A stretch of DNA of 64,000 nucleotides. Origin: Macrostomum hystrix (lineage: Eukaryota; Animalia; Platyhelminthes). The position numbers were made by a program, and so were the translations under genes. The notes beneath the pieces were generated by a model. It was not told the origin of the DNA and searched no databases. It saw only the letters and a list, made by a program, of their open reading frames with translations. Numbering within the stretch: position 1 is the stretch's first letter; every line of letters starts with the position of its first letter. Where the stretch lies: NCBI GenBank assembly GCA_950097015.1, contig CATNEN010000039.1:15996001-16060000 (forward strand), given 5' to 3'. Positions 11,696 through 26,167 of this stretch are shown one piece after another.

Positions 11696-14600
11696 TTAAT
11701 GACTGTCCGTCTGATCTGAGCTCTTGACACAGTCCTGGCAGCTCGCAGTGTTGCAGACGATATCTCCATCATTGTGAATCAGATTGGTGTGAGCTTGCTG
11801 CTGCTGATGATGCTGCTGCTCAACAATAGGCTGACGATCTTCGCTAATAATACTGACACTTTTACCGTCAGGATCTCTGCAAACAACAAATAATTTCAAT
11901 TTGCTAGATTTAGTCTGTGGGTTTTAGTTAGAGCAGTTCTTTAATGGACAACTTTGAGCAAGACTGTGGAATCGAACCTCCGACCTTTAAGTTGCGAGTC
12001 CAACTCTCTAACCGGTAGGCTACAAACCTGTGTGAGTGTGTGCTCAAGAGCTAGCGAAACGATGTGCCCGCAACCCTCCGGCAATTATTTTTATTATCTG
12101 GACTACAACTCCCCATATTTATTATTCGTAGCAGACTCACCTGGCACCGGCAATGCTGCCTGTCAGACCAAGCATGCTGGCATCGTTGGTGTCAACAGTG
12201 TACACAGACAGAGAGCAGCTGCGCTTGTCGTCCAATGATTCAAAGCTGCCAATGCGACAACCGGCGGAAGCGGCTGCTCCAGCTGACTGCTGCTGATTGT
12301 GCTGGGTGAGAACCTCGGCTTGGACTGTTGTCTGATGCTGATGCTGGCTACGCACTGATGGATCCTGACTACGCTGACGACAGCCGTGACTGCCGACAAT
12401 TTTGAATGACACCACAGAATTGGAACTGTCAGACTGTTGATCTTGCAATAGAAACAAACTCTGCGACTCATCTTCGCATTGTTGCTGTTGCTGCTGCTTT
12501 TGCTTCTTCAACTGCAACGGGTAGATAATGAAAGATTGTTAAGATAATTAAACTCATTCCACGGCAATCTAATTGCATGCTTTTATACGCCCAATGCCAC
12601 TTTGTATTCTAATGTGATACGTAATAGCGACTTGAAGGTCGGTGGTTCGATTCCCGACTAGAACAATTTTTTGTCTTTTAGTAAGACAAAAACTCTGGAT
12701 TGCTGCAGTTCACCTAATGCTTAAATGGATTCCAGCATTAGCTGGGTGATTATGGTAGGTGTGGCGTCCCTCCTGTCCCCCAGGGATACAGGTGCTTCTA
12801 ACCAATGCGGTATGCAACAAACCATAACCGATATGTATCGAAAAAATAAACAAACGAATACTTTCTCTCTGTGGATTCAGATAAAAAGTGTGATGATAAC
12901 TGACAGTGAAAAAGTAGCACCTTAGTAACAGGATGATACTGATGATGCTGATGCTGCTGCAATGCAGCCGCCGCCGCCGATGCCGCCACGCCCGCCGCGG
13001 CTACTTTGGCCTCCCGACCGGAGGACACCAGCACCAGGCTGATGGACTCCTCCGTCTGCGAGTCATCGGCTGACGTGCCGCTGGCCAGGTCGTGCTCCAC
13101 CGATGCCACGGGAGCCACAGGCGCCGCGGAGGCAGCGGCTGATGCCGAGGAGCCGACCGTGACAGCATTAGCAGACGTTGAAGAGCCGGGCGTGAAGATG
13201 GCCGCTCGATAGTTTGCTAACTCGACAGCCGGTCGAGCTCCGCTGAATACCGCGGCGTCGTCACGGCGCGGTCCGCTCTCATCGTCGTAGTCGTCCTCGT
13301 CGGCGTCCTCGTCCTGGAGCAGGCCGCAGCCGTTGGAACGGCAGAGCGACACGGGCACGACGCCGTAGACATAGGCTAGAAGGATGGGGACAGAGACGCC
13401 CACGCCCAGGACGGCCACGACTGGCGATAGGAACATGCTGCCGCAGACAGCCAGGATCACCACGCAGTGCCGTCTGGCTCGACTGCGCTGCATAGCAGAT
13501 TAATGATTGGGTTGATGGATTAACGATAGGGATGATGGATTAATGACTGGGAAGACGGATTAACGATAGGGATGATGATGGATTAAAGATAGGGATGTGG
13601 ACGAACGGTAGGGATGATATATTAACGATAGGGATGATGGATTAACGAAAGAGATAATGAATTCCCAATAGGGATGATAATGGATTAACGATATGGACGA
13701 TAGATTAATGATATAGATTTAGTATTACCGATAGGAATGATGGATTTATGATTGGGATGATGGATTAACGATAGGGATGATGGATTAACGATAGGGATGA
13801 TGGATTAACGAAAGAGATAATGAATTCCCAATAGGGATGATAATGGATTAACGATATGGACGATAGATTAATGATATAGATTTAGTATTAACGATAGGAA
13901 TGATGGATTTATGATTGGGATGATGGATTAACGACAGGAACGATGGATTCACGATATGGATGACTTATTAACGATTGGGATGATGGATTAACGATAGGGA
14001 TGATGGATTAACGATAGGGATGATGGATTAACGATAGGGATGATGGATTAACGAAAGAGATAATGAATTCCCAATAGGGATGATAATGGATTAACGATAT
14101 GGACGATAGATTAATGATATAGATTTAGTATTAACGATAGGAATGATGGATTTATGATTGGGATGATGGATTAACGACAGGAACGATGGATTCACGATAT
14201 GGATGACTTATTAACGATTGGGATGATGGATTAACGATAGGGATGATGGATTAACGATAGGGATGATGGATTAACGATTGGGATGATGGATTAACGATAG
14301 GGATGATGGATTAACGATAGGGATGATGGATTAACGATAGGGATGATGGATTCACGATATGGATGACTTATTAACGATTGGGATGATGGATTAACGATAG
14401 GGATGACTTATTAACGATTGGGATGATGGATTAACGATACGGATGATGGATTAACGATAGGGATGACTTATTAACGATTGGGATGATGGATTCACGATAT
14501 GGATGACTTATTAACGATTGGGATGATGGATTAACGATAGGGATGATGGATTAACGATAGGGATGATGGATTAACGATTGGGATGATGGATTAACGATAG

Positions 14601-17600
14601 GGATGATGGATTAACGATAGGGATGATGGATTAACGATAGGGATGATGGATTCACGATATGGATGATATATTAACGATTGGGATGATGGATTAACGAAAG
14701 AGATAACGATAGGGATAATGAATTCCCAATAGGGATGATAATGGATTAACGATATGGACGATAGATTAATGATACAGATTTAGTATTACCGATAAGAATG
14801 ATGGATTTATGATTGGGATGATGGATTAACGATAGGGATGATGGATTAACGATAGGGATGATGGATTAACGAAAGAGATAATGAATTCCCAATAGGGATG
14901 ATAATGGATTAACGATATGGACGATAGATTAATGATATAGATTTAGTATTAACGATAGGAATGATGGATTTATGATTGGGATGATGGATTAACGACAGGA
15001 ACGATGGATTCACGATATGGATGACTTATTAACGATTGGGATGATGGATTAACGATAGGGATGATGGATTAACGATAGGGATGATGGATTAACGATTGGG
15101 ATGATGGATTAACGATAGGGATGATGGATTAACGATAGGGATGATGGATTAACGATAGGGATGATGGATTCACGATATGGATGACTTATTAACGATTGGG
15201 ATGATGGATTAACGATAGGGATGACTTATTAACGATTGGGATGATGGATTAACGATAGGGATGATGGATTAACGATAGGGATGACTTATTAACGATTGGG
15301 ATGATGGATTCACGATATGGATGACTTATTAACGATTGGGATGATGGATTAACGATAGGGATGACTTATTAACGATTGGGATGATGGATTACCGATAGGG
15401 ATGATGGATTAACGATTGGGATGATGGATTAACGACAGGAACGATGGATTCACGATATGGATGACTTATTAACGATTGGGATGATGGATTAACGATAGGG
15501 ATGATGGATTAACGATAGGGATGATGGATTAACGATTGGGATGATGGATTAACGACAGGAACGATGGATTCACGATATGGATGACTTATTAACGATTGGG
15601 ATGATGGATTAACGATAGGGATGACTTATTAACGATTGGGATGATGGATTAACGATAGGGATGATGGATTAACGATAGGGATGACTTATTAACGATTGGG
15701 ATGATGGATTAACGATAGGGATGATGGATTAACGATAGGGATGATGGATTAACGATTGGGATGATGGATTAACGATTGGGATGATGGATTAACGATAGGG
15801 ATGATGGATTAACGATAGGGATGATGGATTAACGATTGAGATGATGGATTAACGATTGGGATGATGGATTAACGATAGGGATGATGGATTAACGATTGGG
15901 ATGATGGATTAACGATTGAGATGATGGATTAACGATTGAGATGATGGATTAACGATAGGGATGATGGATTAACGATAGGGATGATGGATTAACGATTGAG
16001 ATGATGGATTAACGATAGGATGATGGATTAACGATAGGGATGATGGATTAACGATTGAGATGATGTATTAACGATAGGGATGATGGATTAACGATAGGGA
16101 TGATGGATTAACGATAGGGATGATGGATTAACGATAGGAATGATGGATTAACGATAGGGATGATGGATTAACGATAGGAATGATGGATTAACGATAGGGA
16201 TGATGGATTAACGATAGGGATGATGGATTAACAATAGGAATGATGGATTAACGAAAGAGATAATGAATTCACGATAGAGATGATTATGGATTAACAATAG
16301 GGGTGATTGATTAATTATATAGATTCAGGATTAACTATTGGGATTATTGGTTAAGCAATGGTTAATATATTATCTAGTTTGGATCTAAAAATATCTTTAT
16401 TAATCAATTAAATATTTAAAAAACTTACCTGCAGCACACCGCCGCCTCGTTTCAACCTGAGGCAGTGAGTAAATTAGGACTTTTTTCATTTTAAATTCCC
16501 GCCACTTTTCCTCACACTCTAGCTAAATATCGTAATCTCACGCAGTGCTCTTTGTTCGTAATATTCGCTCTCAAGTGGAAACATGCACCCACCCCAATTT
16601 CTTTGTATATATATATAGAGGAAAATATAAATGCGATCTTCAACCTGCTCCCTCGCTCCCCAGTCATACCAATAACACTGGTTAAACCTACTATACGTTC
16701 TCGACGAAATATAGGCGATTAAACTTCCTAACTCTTTTCCTGTTACGCTATTAAATTGACCGAGTTCCTTAGTTATTTTCCTAATAAGAGGAAAACAGTT
16801 TCTCTCCAATCCTTTCCCAAAGATCTCTCGTCGGCCTTCTTTACCAAAACCCACCCTATTATATGATCCCTTTGAAATCCCAATATACCGTCCTAAAATC
16901 CCGTCCAAAAGTCCACCTGAAGTCTATCTGAAGTCCACCTAAAGTTATCTATATACCCCCTGAAGTCCCAAACCTCCGCCTTTATCCCTCATGAGACTGT
17001 ACTAATCCCGGACCCCATAGAGGAAAGTAAGTGAGAGCGCGAAGGACGTTCACCAGGCAACTTCAATCCATCCTGATCCGCCCCACGGACTGTGTGCCCC
17101 AGATCAGTGACCTTAGCCCTCGTGCCAGCAGCAGTAAATTCCGCTCCCAGTGTTAGTAGCTAGTGTCTTGCCGCTCGGGCATTAGCGCCACCTTAGGTAT
17201 AACCCGAACAGCGTGGAAATTACCTATTCTCACCCTCATAACTTACGCTACCATCCCCCCAAATACTCAGCTCACCAATCCCAAATCCAACAAATAGAGA
17301 GAGAGAGAGAGCTGAGAGGTCTGCTACAAACCTATTATTGACCTGTTCGCCAACCCACACCGGCACACCGATGGTGATGGCTGGCACAGCCAAACCGGCC
17401 AATAAGGCTATGCCAAGTGGCGCGCCGACAAGGGTGCCGAGTTGCCATAGAATTTTCTTCTTCCTAGACCAGGGCTTCTTGCCCCAGAAGGTGCAGCCGC
17501 TGGGACTCAGATAGTGCAAATCTGTGATCTCCTTTCTGCACAGCCAGCAAAACTCGGCGCCGCACATTTTACAACGCATGTGATTACAACTGCCGTCATT

Positions 17601-20162
17601 CTCCTTGGTTATGTAGGTGGCGCAGCGGGGACATTGTTTGATCTCGGCGATCGACTCCGAGCGAGACGACAGCGACATTATGTCGGCTCCGGCGCGAGCG
17701 GCTGCCAGCACCTCGGCCGTCTGGCGCTGTATTCTAGCCTGCTCGCAGGTTGTATTCGGGTGCCATTCAGTCTTGCAGTGATAGCAGAATTCAATGCGGC
17801 ACACGGGGCAATCCAGCTTGGGGCAGCTTGCGCAGCCTGTTGCAATTACAGCGTACCTGAACAGCCCGATTGGGTCAATTAGGGATTTTAACAACTCAGT
17901 GGGATTTTTTATAATATCTACGAATTTTATTTCTTGTGCGGAGTTTTAAAATCGGGATTTCATTTGGTGAGAACAAAGAATCACATTGAGCATATATTCT
18001 TATATAGATTAAGAAATGGGACTTCTAATAGTGGATTGAAAAGTGGAATTTTAATGGATTACTTAAGAACGGAATTATAATTGATTATTTCAAAACGGGA
18101 TTATTACAAAAAAATTAATTTCTTTAAATGGGACTTGTGATGGAAGATTTAGAAGTAGGATTTCAAAATGAGGATTTAGAAGTGGGATTTCAAAAGGAGA
18201 ATTTAGAAGTGGGATTTCAAAAGGAGAATTTAGAAGTGGGATTTCAAAATGAGGATTTTAGAAGTAGGATTTTAAAAAGAGGATTTAGAAGTGGGATTTC
18301 AAAATGAGGATTTTAGAAGTAGGATTTTAAAAGGAGGTTTTAGAAGTGGGATTAAAAAGGAAGATTTAGAAGTGGGATTTGAAAAGGAGGTTTTAAAAGT
18401 GGATTTAAAAATGAGGATTTAGCAGTGGGATTTCGAAAGGTTTTAGAAGTGGGATTTCAAAATGAGGATTTTAGAAGTAGGATTTTAAAAGGAGGATTTA
18501 GAAGTGGGATTTCAAAAGGATTAGTAAAAAACTTGATTATAATAGAGGATTTAAAATGGGACTTATAAGGGAAGACTTAGAAGTATAATTTCTAAGAGGA
18601 TTCAGAAGTGGGACTTCTAAGTGTGATAATATAAATGAACATTGAAAAGAATAAATAAAGGACAATGAAGCATGCTCTCATCCAGCCAGTCACAACTCAC
18701 TTGCAGTCGGGCGCTGGGCACCATCGGCAGTCAGGATCGGCGGCCAGCACACGGCGCAGAGTGAATTGCTCGTATTTTAAGCGCAATCTTTCTTCGTCAA
18801 CAATGGCGTCGACATCTGCCGGATGGAGTCGATTATTGCAGGACAGGCAGGTAGAGGGCAAGCCCTCCGAGATGCTGAGCCGCAGGCTGGTTCGCAGGCA
18901 GGCGTGGCAGGCGAAATGCTCGCAGTCCAGCAGAACAGCCGGGAACTGGGCCAACGGTTGGCGTTCGGCGCACACCGGACACTCCACCTGGCCAGCGATG
19001 TCGGCGACTGCCGCGGCCGGATTGCGACGTCGCTAATGACGACAAAAGGTAAGCCGTTACTTCTTTTAGAAAATTCCATGGACTTAACTAGTTGTTGGCG
19101 GCCTCTCGCCCGGGGCACAGATACGAACCGCAAAGCTTCCGAATATGGCACCTCGTCCTTTCAAAGACCTGATCTTCTCTCCTGTCCTATCTCCGTGTCT
19201 CACCTCTACATTGTCTCATCTCTCCCCTGTCTCATCTCTCCCCTGCCTCCTCTCTCCCCTGCCTTATCTCTCCCCTGCCTTGTCTCTCCCCTGCCTTGTC
19301 TCTCCCCTGCCCTATCTCTCCCCTGCCTTGTCTCTCCCCTGCCTTGCCTCTCCCCTGCCCTATCTCTCCCCTGCCTTGTCTCTCCCCTGCCTTGCCTCTC
19401 CCCTGCCCTATCTCTCCCCTGTCTCCTCTCTGATGTGCCTCATCTGTACTGTTTTTCATCTCTGCCGGCTCATCTCTGTTGTGTCTCATCTGCCTTCTGC
19501 CTTATCTCTCCCTTGTCTTCTCTCTCCTTTGTCTCATCTCTTCTGTGTCTCATCTCTCCCCTGTCTCCTCTCTGCTGTGTCTCATCTCTCCCCTGTCTCC
19601 TCTCTGTTGTGTCTCATCTCCCTCCTGCCTTATCTCTCCCTTGTCTCATCTCTCCCTTGTCTTCTCTCTACCCTGTCTTCTCTCTACCGTCTCCTCTCTG
19701 CTGTCTCATGCCTACTGTGTCTCATCCCTACTGTGTCTCATCACTCCAGTGTCTAATCTCTTCCCTGTCTCCTCTCTCCCCGTCTCATATCACCCCTATT
19801 TGTTCGAAATTATAAGGCTAACCAATTAAATAATCGCTAGCAGGTAAGCAAGGTTCATGTTGATTTCTGACCTGTCCGTGTTGGCCATCATCTGCAGACG
19901 CAATCGATTCAATCGAGGCCGAGTTGGCAGCGGCGGATGTTGAAGGTCCAGCCGACAAACCCGACGGTCCGGCGGCCGATCCGGTTCCAACAGGATTCGA
20001 CTGCTTCCGTCTGCTTCCGCCGCCGCCGCCGCTACCAATCTGACGAAAGAAATCGCGCACCGAGAAAATAATTGAGCCTCTGCGGCGACCGCCATCGATG
20101 TTTGAACCCCCGGCTGGTCCGCCGACGCCTGCGGCTCGACTGCGTCGACAATTGCGCGACAT
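11696..20162 (-). CDS. RNF19: RBR E3 ubiquitin ligase, RNF19A/B (Dorfin) type, ~764 aa. Exons 20162-19872, 19032-18701, 17856-17332, 16456-16429, 13487-12921, 12511-12141, 11876-11696
   Basis: RING1 (CPVC...CEHFACHAC...CLSC), IBR ([25 protein letters not shown]...[15 protein letters not shown]), RING2 (CPRC...[20 protein letters not shown]), and RNF19-specific segments ([38 protein letters not shown]; [24 protein letters not shown]). All six introns are GT-AG with consistent phases, and the exon total is 2295 nt (divisible by 3). Confidence 0.95.
11925..12028 (-). mobile_element. tRNA-derived SINE head (group A)
   Basis: Reverse complement reads ggtttgtagcctaccggttagagagttggactcgcaacttaaaggtcggaggttcgattcc (A and B boxes). 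Confidence 0.7.
12627..12800 (+). mobile_element. 5'-truncated group A SINE with CORE-like body
   Basis: gcgacttgaaggtcggtggttcgattccc followed by ...taaatggattccagcattagctgg...gtgtggcgtccc, which is shared with the copies at 50743 and 63890. Confidence 0.65.
13497..16330. repeat. 20-bp minisatellite (ggattaacgatagggatgat), 2.8 kb, in RNF19 intron
   Basis: More than 130 units, with re-duplicated variant blocks. Confidence 0.97.
18140..18620. repeat. ~27-bp degenerate minisatellite (agaagtgggatttcaaaaggaggattt) in RNF19 intron
   Basis: Tandem units visible. Confidence 0.85.
19205..19790. repeat. CT-rich degenerate minisatellite in RNF19 intron
   Basis: tctctcccctgcct and tgtctcatctctccc units. 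Confidence 0.9.
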
Positions 20163-22956
20163 TATTGAGTCAGATCAGTGCCTGCATTGTGCAAACAATA
20201 TGATTCTAACAATAATAATAATAATAATAATAATTGATTGGGTCAGATGTCAAGGGTCAAGTGTACAAGTAGGATCCTAGGATTTCCAATAAACTAGATA
20301 TATAGAAAATAATAGATATTATGGTTTATTTTAGTTAGTTAGCTACTAATTAGTAGCTAATTAGGCCTCAATTAAGAGTTATTAACTACTGAAAACAATA
20401 TAAATATATAAAGAAGTTCAAGTAAATAAAAAATTATTTTTTATCAGAGCTAAAACTGATGATTTAAGTAAGCCTAGTAGGTGTATAGTAAAGCTACTCC
20501 TCATATTTAATTAACACAAAGTCACCAGCTGTTGACAGTTACAAGTGTCCTTGCTTATTTTAACAAGATTTTAATTAAGTTTTTTCTCTTATGTTTTTTT
20601 CTAAGTTTTTTTCTTGGTACTTATCTAACTATATTAAGCCAACAAAGTTATTTAAACTGTTTAAACAGACAGTTGTTTTTTTCTGCCAAAATTTTATGTA
20701 TTTACATTTTCTTCTTCTAGCACATGAAAACAAAAATTAGGGCCTACTTTAACTAAATTTGCACCAAAACACAATGGACTATTCTGAATTCACCCAAGAT
20801 TGACATGGCAATAAAATCAAATGCTTCAACAAATTATGTTATACATTGTCTGCTAAGTGCCCCTTCATGCTCACTTCATGGACCACAATGGACAACAGCA
20901 GACTACAACAAAAAATAAACTAAAATTCTTGACACTGAGATTATTAAAGTCCTAAAAGATTATTTTGATCTTCTATTCACATATTGGCATGTACACTGGC
21001 ATGATAGCAATTATTTCTAATATCAGTTCAGGCCAACTTGGCCATGAATTTCACCACTTTGGCCACTAGCCTACAAATAAGTCAACTTGTCTGTTGGCAG
21101 ATGAGATGACAGCAAACAAAAAGAGACAGGAGCCCTGCCAAAGTTGGGTTGTTTTTCTTTAGTTGCCCAAATTAAAAATGAAACTGCCCAAATTGTTATA
21201 TATGCCTACATACATGCGCAACACCCAGCCAACCCGGCCGAACCAGCCAGGTGAAACGAGGGCCAAGCAAGGTAAGTCGCAAAAACCAATCAACCAAGTG
21301 CAAAAAAATCAAAGGGGGGACCAAGGGACAAAAAAGGAAGGTGTGAAGAAAAGGAAAAAGGGGAGAGAAAAAAGAGCAAATGAGAGAAAACTAAGTCGTA
21401 AATCTCTCCCTTGTCTTAGAGCAAGGGAGAGATATAGAGCAATGAAATGAACTAAGTCGCAAATGAGAGCAAAAACTAAGTCGCACTGCCGGCTAAGATT
21501 TGGGAGGCTGCGCATGTATGTATGCCTACTTTTTTCTTTTAGAATATGATCATCAAAAAAAATCATGTATGCTATAAGTATAATTGAATAAAATGACTTT
21601 GCAAAACCTACACTGCAGTGAGTCTGAAATTGATGTTCTTGAGTTCATAATGATTTATAAATGACTATAGCGTAGACTATTATATAAATATTATATCTGT
21701 AAAATACACAACAAGCACACGGTGTAATTCATTTCGAATGAACTGTGTCCTTTAAATTATATAATAACATCATTAAATAGAAGGCTCTAAAGGACTAAGA
21801 CCTAGTACATTGACTTAAAAACATAAAATAAAAACTTGAAAAATAAAGCCAATAATATATTGAAAACTAAAGCAGTGCACGCCCAAAAATTTACTAGCAA
21901 CTCAACCAAACCATCGTTGTCATAACAAAGTTTTTTATACGTTTTTTGTTTTTTTTTCTAGAAAACATACACAAAGTTGAAAATGTGATAAAGGAGTATA
22001 ATCGTAATAACAAGTACTTTCTTATGTTTAAGTGTAAACTTTATGTTTAAAGTGTACTAAATACGACTAAATCCGATTCTTAATTTACTAACTGCAATTT
22101 AGAAAAATAGATTAAAAAGAGAAATTAAAATTACAAGCTTGAGAATATGAGATATGAGAATATGAGAATATTCTCGAATGCACCATTGGTTATCTTGTCA
22201 GTTTCCACTGAATTTAGCGACATATATTTCATTGATTTCAAAGGTCAAGCTTTGCAACCATTCTGAAGAAACTAGTTAATATCACAATATGTGATAAGAT
22301 TTCCGGACCAAAATTACTTATAAAAATTGATTTTTCTTGTGTCTCTAATTAATTAAGCAGACCCTACAGATGCAGATAAGAAGCAATTTTCTTTTATGAG
22401 GAATAATGCAAGTTCTCACCTCAAACCCTCAGCTCCAAAGTCTAGATACAAGTTTAAGCTAAGGTATTAAAATATATAGTAATGACGCATAAAAAAAGAT
22501 CTATACATGTACAGGAAATGGAAGCGAATATTGTACTATCGTCTGTGTTGTTCCATGATATCAATCCAAACCAATGTATCAGAAAAATTACCGAGAGCTA
22601 GTAGCTTTCTCTGGTGAACGGCATTCAATCCAAGCGTTTAACTAAGTTGAAGAATTGGTTACAATTTTAGCAAGCTAAAAAAGAGTGCCGATATCAATCA
22701 AAATCATGTCGCACATTGATTGATTGGAGATTTGCTGTAAAAATAGCAGTACTGCATGGTTAGTGCAGATCGAACAGCTGACTCTCTCCAATCTGTATTG
22801 GCCTATCTATCTTTAAAAGCTTATTCTACAATAACCAGTACATGCGCTCATCCTCGCTCAACCAAAGGGTAAATGTAATCGGCCCATAGCGAATGTCAAA
22901 CGTGTTGTGAAAATATACCCAGCTAGAATGACGCACGAAAACTATTACAAATTCCT

Positions 22957-25115
22957 TCTGCGATTCTGCATAGACCACTGGTTCCTCCTGCGATTCTAAA
23001 CCTCTGGTTCTTGCTGCGATTCTAGCACTCTGGTTCCTGCTGCGATTCCAGCTGCTCTCTTGCTCCTGCTACGATTCCATCTCTCTGGTTCCTGCTGCGA
23101 CTCCATCTCTCTTGTTCCTTCTGCGATTCCAGCACTCTGGTTCCTGCTACGATTCTAGCACTCTGGTTCCTGCTACGATTCTAACACTCTGGTTACTGCT
23201 GCGATTCCAGCACTCTGGTTCCTGCTACGATTCTAACACTCTGGTTACTGCTGCGATTCCAGCACTCTGGTTCCTGCTACGATTCTAGCACTCTGGTTAC
23301 TGCTGCGATTCCAGCACTCTGGTTCCTGTTACGATTCTAACACTCTGGTTACTGCTGCGATTCCAGCTGCTCTCTTGCTCCTGCTACGATTCTAACACTC
23401 TGGTTACTGCTGCGATTCCAGCACTCTGGTTCCTGCTACGATTCTAACACTCTGGTTACTGCTGCGATTCCAGCACTCTTGTTCCTGCTACGATTCTAAC
23501 ACTCTGGTTACTGCTGCGATTCCAGCACTCTGATTCCTGCTGCGATTTTATCTCTCTTGTTCCTGCTGCGATTCCATCTCTCTTGCTCGTGCTGCGATTC
23601 CATCTCTCTGGTTCCTGCTGCGATTCCAGCTCTCTTGCTCGTGCTGCGATTCCATCTCTCTTGTTCCTGCTGCGATTCCAGCTCTCTGGTCCTGCTGCGA
23701 TTCCAGCTCTCTGGTTCCTGCTGCGATTCTAACACTCTGGTTACTGCTGCGATTCCAGCTGCTCTCTTGCTCCTGCTACGATTCTAACACTCTGGTTACT
23801 GCTGCGATTCCAGCTGCTCTCTTGCTCCTGCTACGATTCTAACACTCTGGTTACTGCTGCGATTCCAGCACTCTGGTTCCTGCTACGATTCTAACACTCT
23901 GGTTACTGCTGCGATTCCAGCACTCTTGTTCCTGCTACGATTCTAACACTCTGGTTACTGCTGCGATTCCAGCACTCTTGTTCCTGCTACGATTCTAACA
24001 CTCTGGTTACTGCTGCGATTCCAGCACTCTGATTCCTGCTGCGATTTTATCTCTCTTGTTCCTGCTGCGATTCCAGCACTCTGATTCCTGCTGCGATTCC
24101 AGCTCTCTGGTTCCTGCTGCGATTCTAACACTCTGGTTACTGCTGCGATTCCAGCTGCTCTCTTGCTCCTGCTACGATTCTAACACTCTGGTTACTGCTG
24201 CGATTCCAGCTGCTCTCTTGCTCCTGCTACGATTCTAACACTCTGGTTACTGCTGCGATTCCAGCACTCTGGTTCCTGCTACGATTCTAACACTCTGGTT
24301 ACTGCTGCGATTCCAGCACTCTTGTTCCTGCTACGATTCTAACACTCTGGTTACTGCTGCGATTCCAGCACTCTTGTTCCTGCTACGATTCTAACACTCT
24401 GGTTACTGCTGCGATTCCAGCACTCTGATTCCTGCTGCGATTTTATCTCTCTTGTTCCTGCTGCGATTCCAGCACTCTGATTCCTGCTGCGATTCCAGCT
24501 CTCTGGTTCCTGCTGCGATTCTAACACTCTGGTTACTGCTGCGATTCCAGCTGCTCTCTTGCTCCTGCTACGATTCTAACACTCTGGTTACTGCTGCGAT
24601 TCCAGCTGCTCTCTTGCTCCTGCTACGATTCTAACACTCTGGTTACTGCTGCGATTCCAGCACTCTGGTTCCTGCTACGATTCTAACACTCTGGTTACTG
24701 CTGCGATTCCAGCACTCTTGTTCCTGCTACGATTCTAACACTCTGGTTACTGCTGCGATTCCAGCACTCTTGTTCCTGCTACGATTCTAACACTCTGGTT
24801 ACTGCTGCGATTCCAGCACTCTGATTCCTGCTGCGATTTTATCTCTCTTGTTCCTGCTGCGATTCTAACACTCTGGTTACTGCTGCGATTCCAGCACTCT
24901 GATTCCTGCTGCGATTCCATCTCTCTTGTTCCTGCTGCGATTCCAGCTCTCTTGGTCCTGCTGCGATTCCAGCACTCTGGTTCCTGCTGCGATTCCAGCT
25001 CTCTTGGTCCTGCTGCGATTCCAACTCTCTGGTTCCTGCTGCGATTCCAGCACTCTGGTTCCTGCTGCGATTCCAGCACTCTGGTTCCTGCTGCGATTCC
25101 AGCTATCTCGTTCCT
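22957..25115. repeat. ~26-bp minisatellite (ctgctgcgattccagcactctggttc) with a higher-order ~396-bp duplication
   Basis: Tandem units; identical ORF-track peptides start at 24056 and 24452. Confidence 0.95.
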
Positions 25116-26167
25116 AGTATAATACTAGCCAAACGTTATGAGAGACTGCTGCAAAACAGAATTAGTTTTTCTTGAAAAAAAAATGTAGCGACTAAAACAA
25201 AAAATGAGCCACGCGATTCCATAATTGTTTTCTAAATGCAAAATGCTCCATAAAGTGAAATTCCTAAGGCTTAGTTGCTTACAAATGAGTTGTCTATTTC
25301 CCCGAATTCGAATGATTTTAATTCAAAATGTTATTTTTTCGCGGCGATCGCGGCATGGCAATGGTTCGTGTTCCGAGAGGAGACTAGCAGAACGCAAGCA
25401 AAAAAGCTAATTTGGTATTTTTTACTGGTGCACTTTTCGGGCATGCAGTGACAATGAGACTGTTTGGCTGCCGCTTCATGTCGAGTAGCGTACAGAGTCA
25501 AAATAAACCCGTCAATAGCTTCATACATTTGATCACGTGATCAGAGCAGTTAAACAGCAGGGTTTAATAAATATTCCCTCTGGGGGGGTTAGATCAACAA
25601 AGCAAATCGATTGCAGTTGGGTTCGAAATCAAGTTTGCGGAGCATTTATTGGACAGAAAATCGAAATTCTTTATCGAAAATGGGACATTTTTGTTTATTT
25701 GCTGAAGTAACATGACTCAATTCGGGCATCAAAAAAGACTTGCTTTTACTGGATATCGTTACTTTTTTAATTCGTTTGTCAGCTTTCGTTAGATTTTTTC
25801 GTTTTTCTTTGATAAAAAAATAATATAATATTTGAATATTGAAATTCAAGGAAAGACAGAGAAAAGTGTAGAAAAATTGTTTAAGCACCTCTAGTTTGAG
25901 CACTCGAGCTAATTGCTTTGACTTCTGAAGCTAATATATAATTTAACATCAGTTTGAATCGCCCCCCCCCAACAACTTGTCATGCGAACAGATCATTTTA
26001 TAGCAGTCGAAAAAAGCTCTTTTGAAAATTGAATTGCATCATTTAAATTATATTGTCGGATTATTAATGCTGCAAAGTTGTTACTGAAGCAACTCATACG
26101 CCTTAATGTTCCCATTTTTTGTTTCATTTTCGATGAATAATCATGAATAATAAAAAGAAGTTTGCTA

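Noticed and set aside
22957-25115. CRISPR-like appearance of regularly spaced repeats here and elsewhere
   Set aside because: The units are head-to-tail with no unique spacers, the context is eukaryotic, and there are no cas genes.
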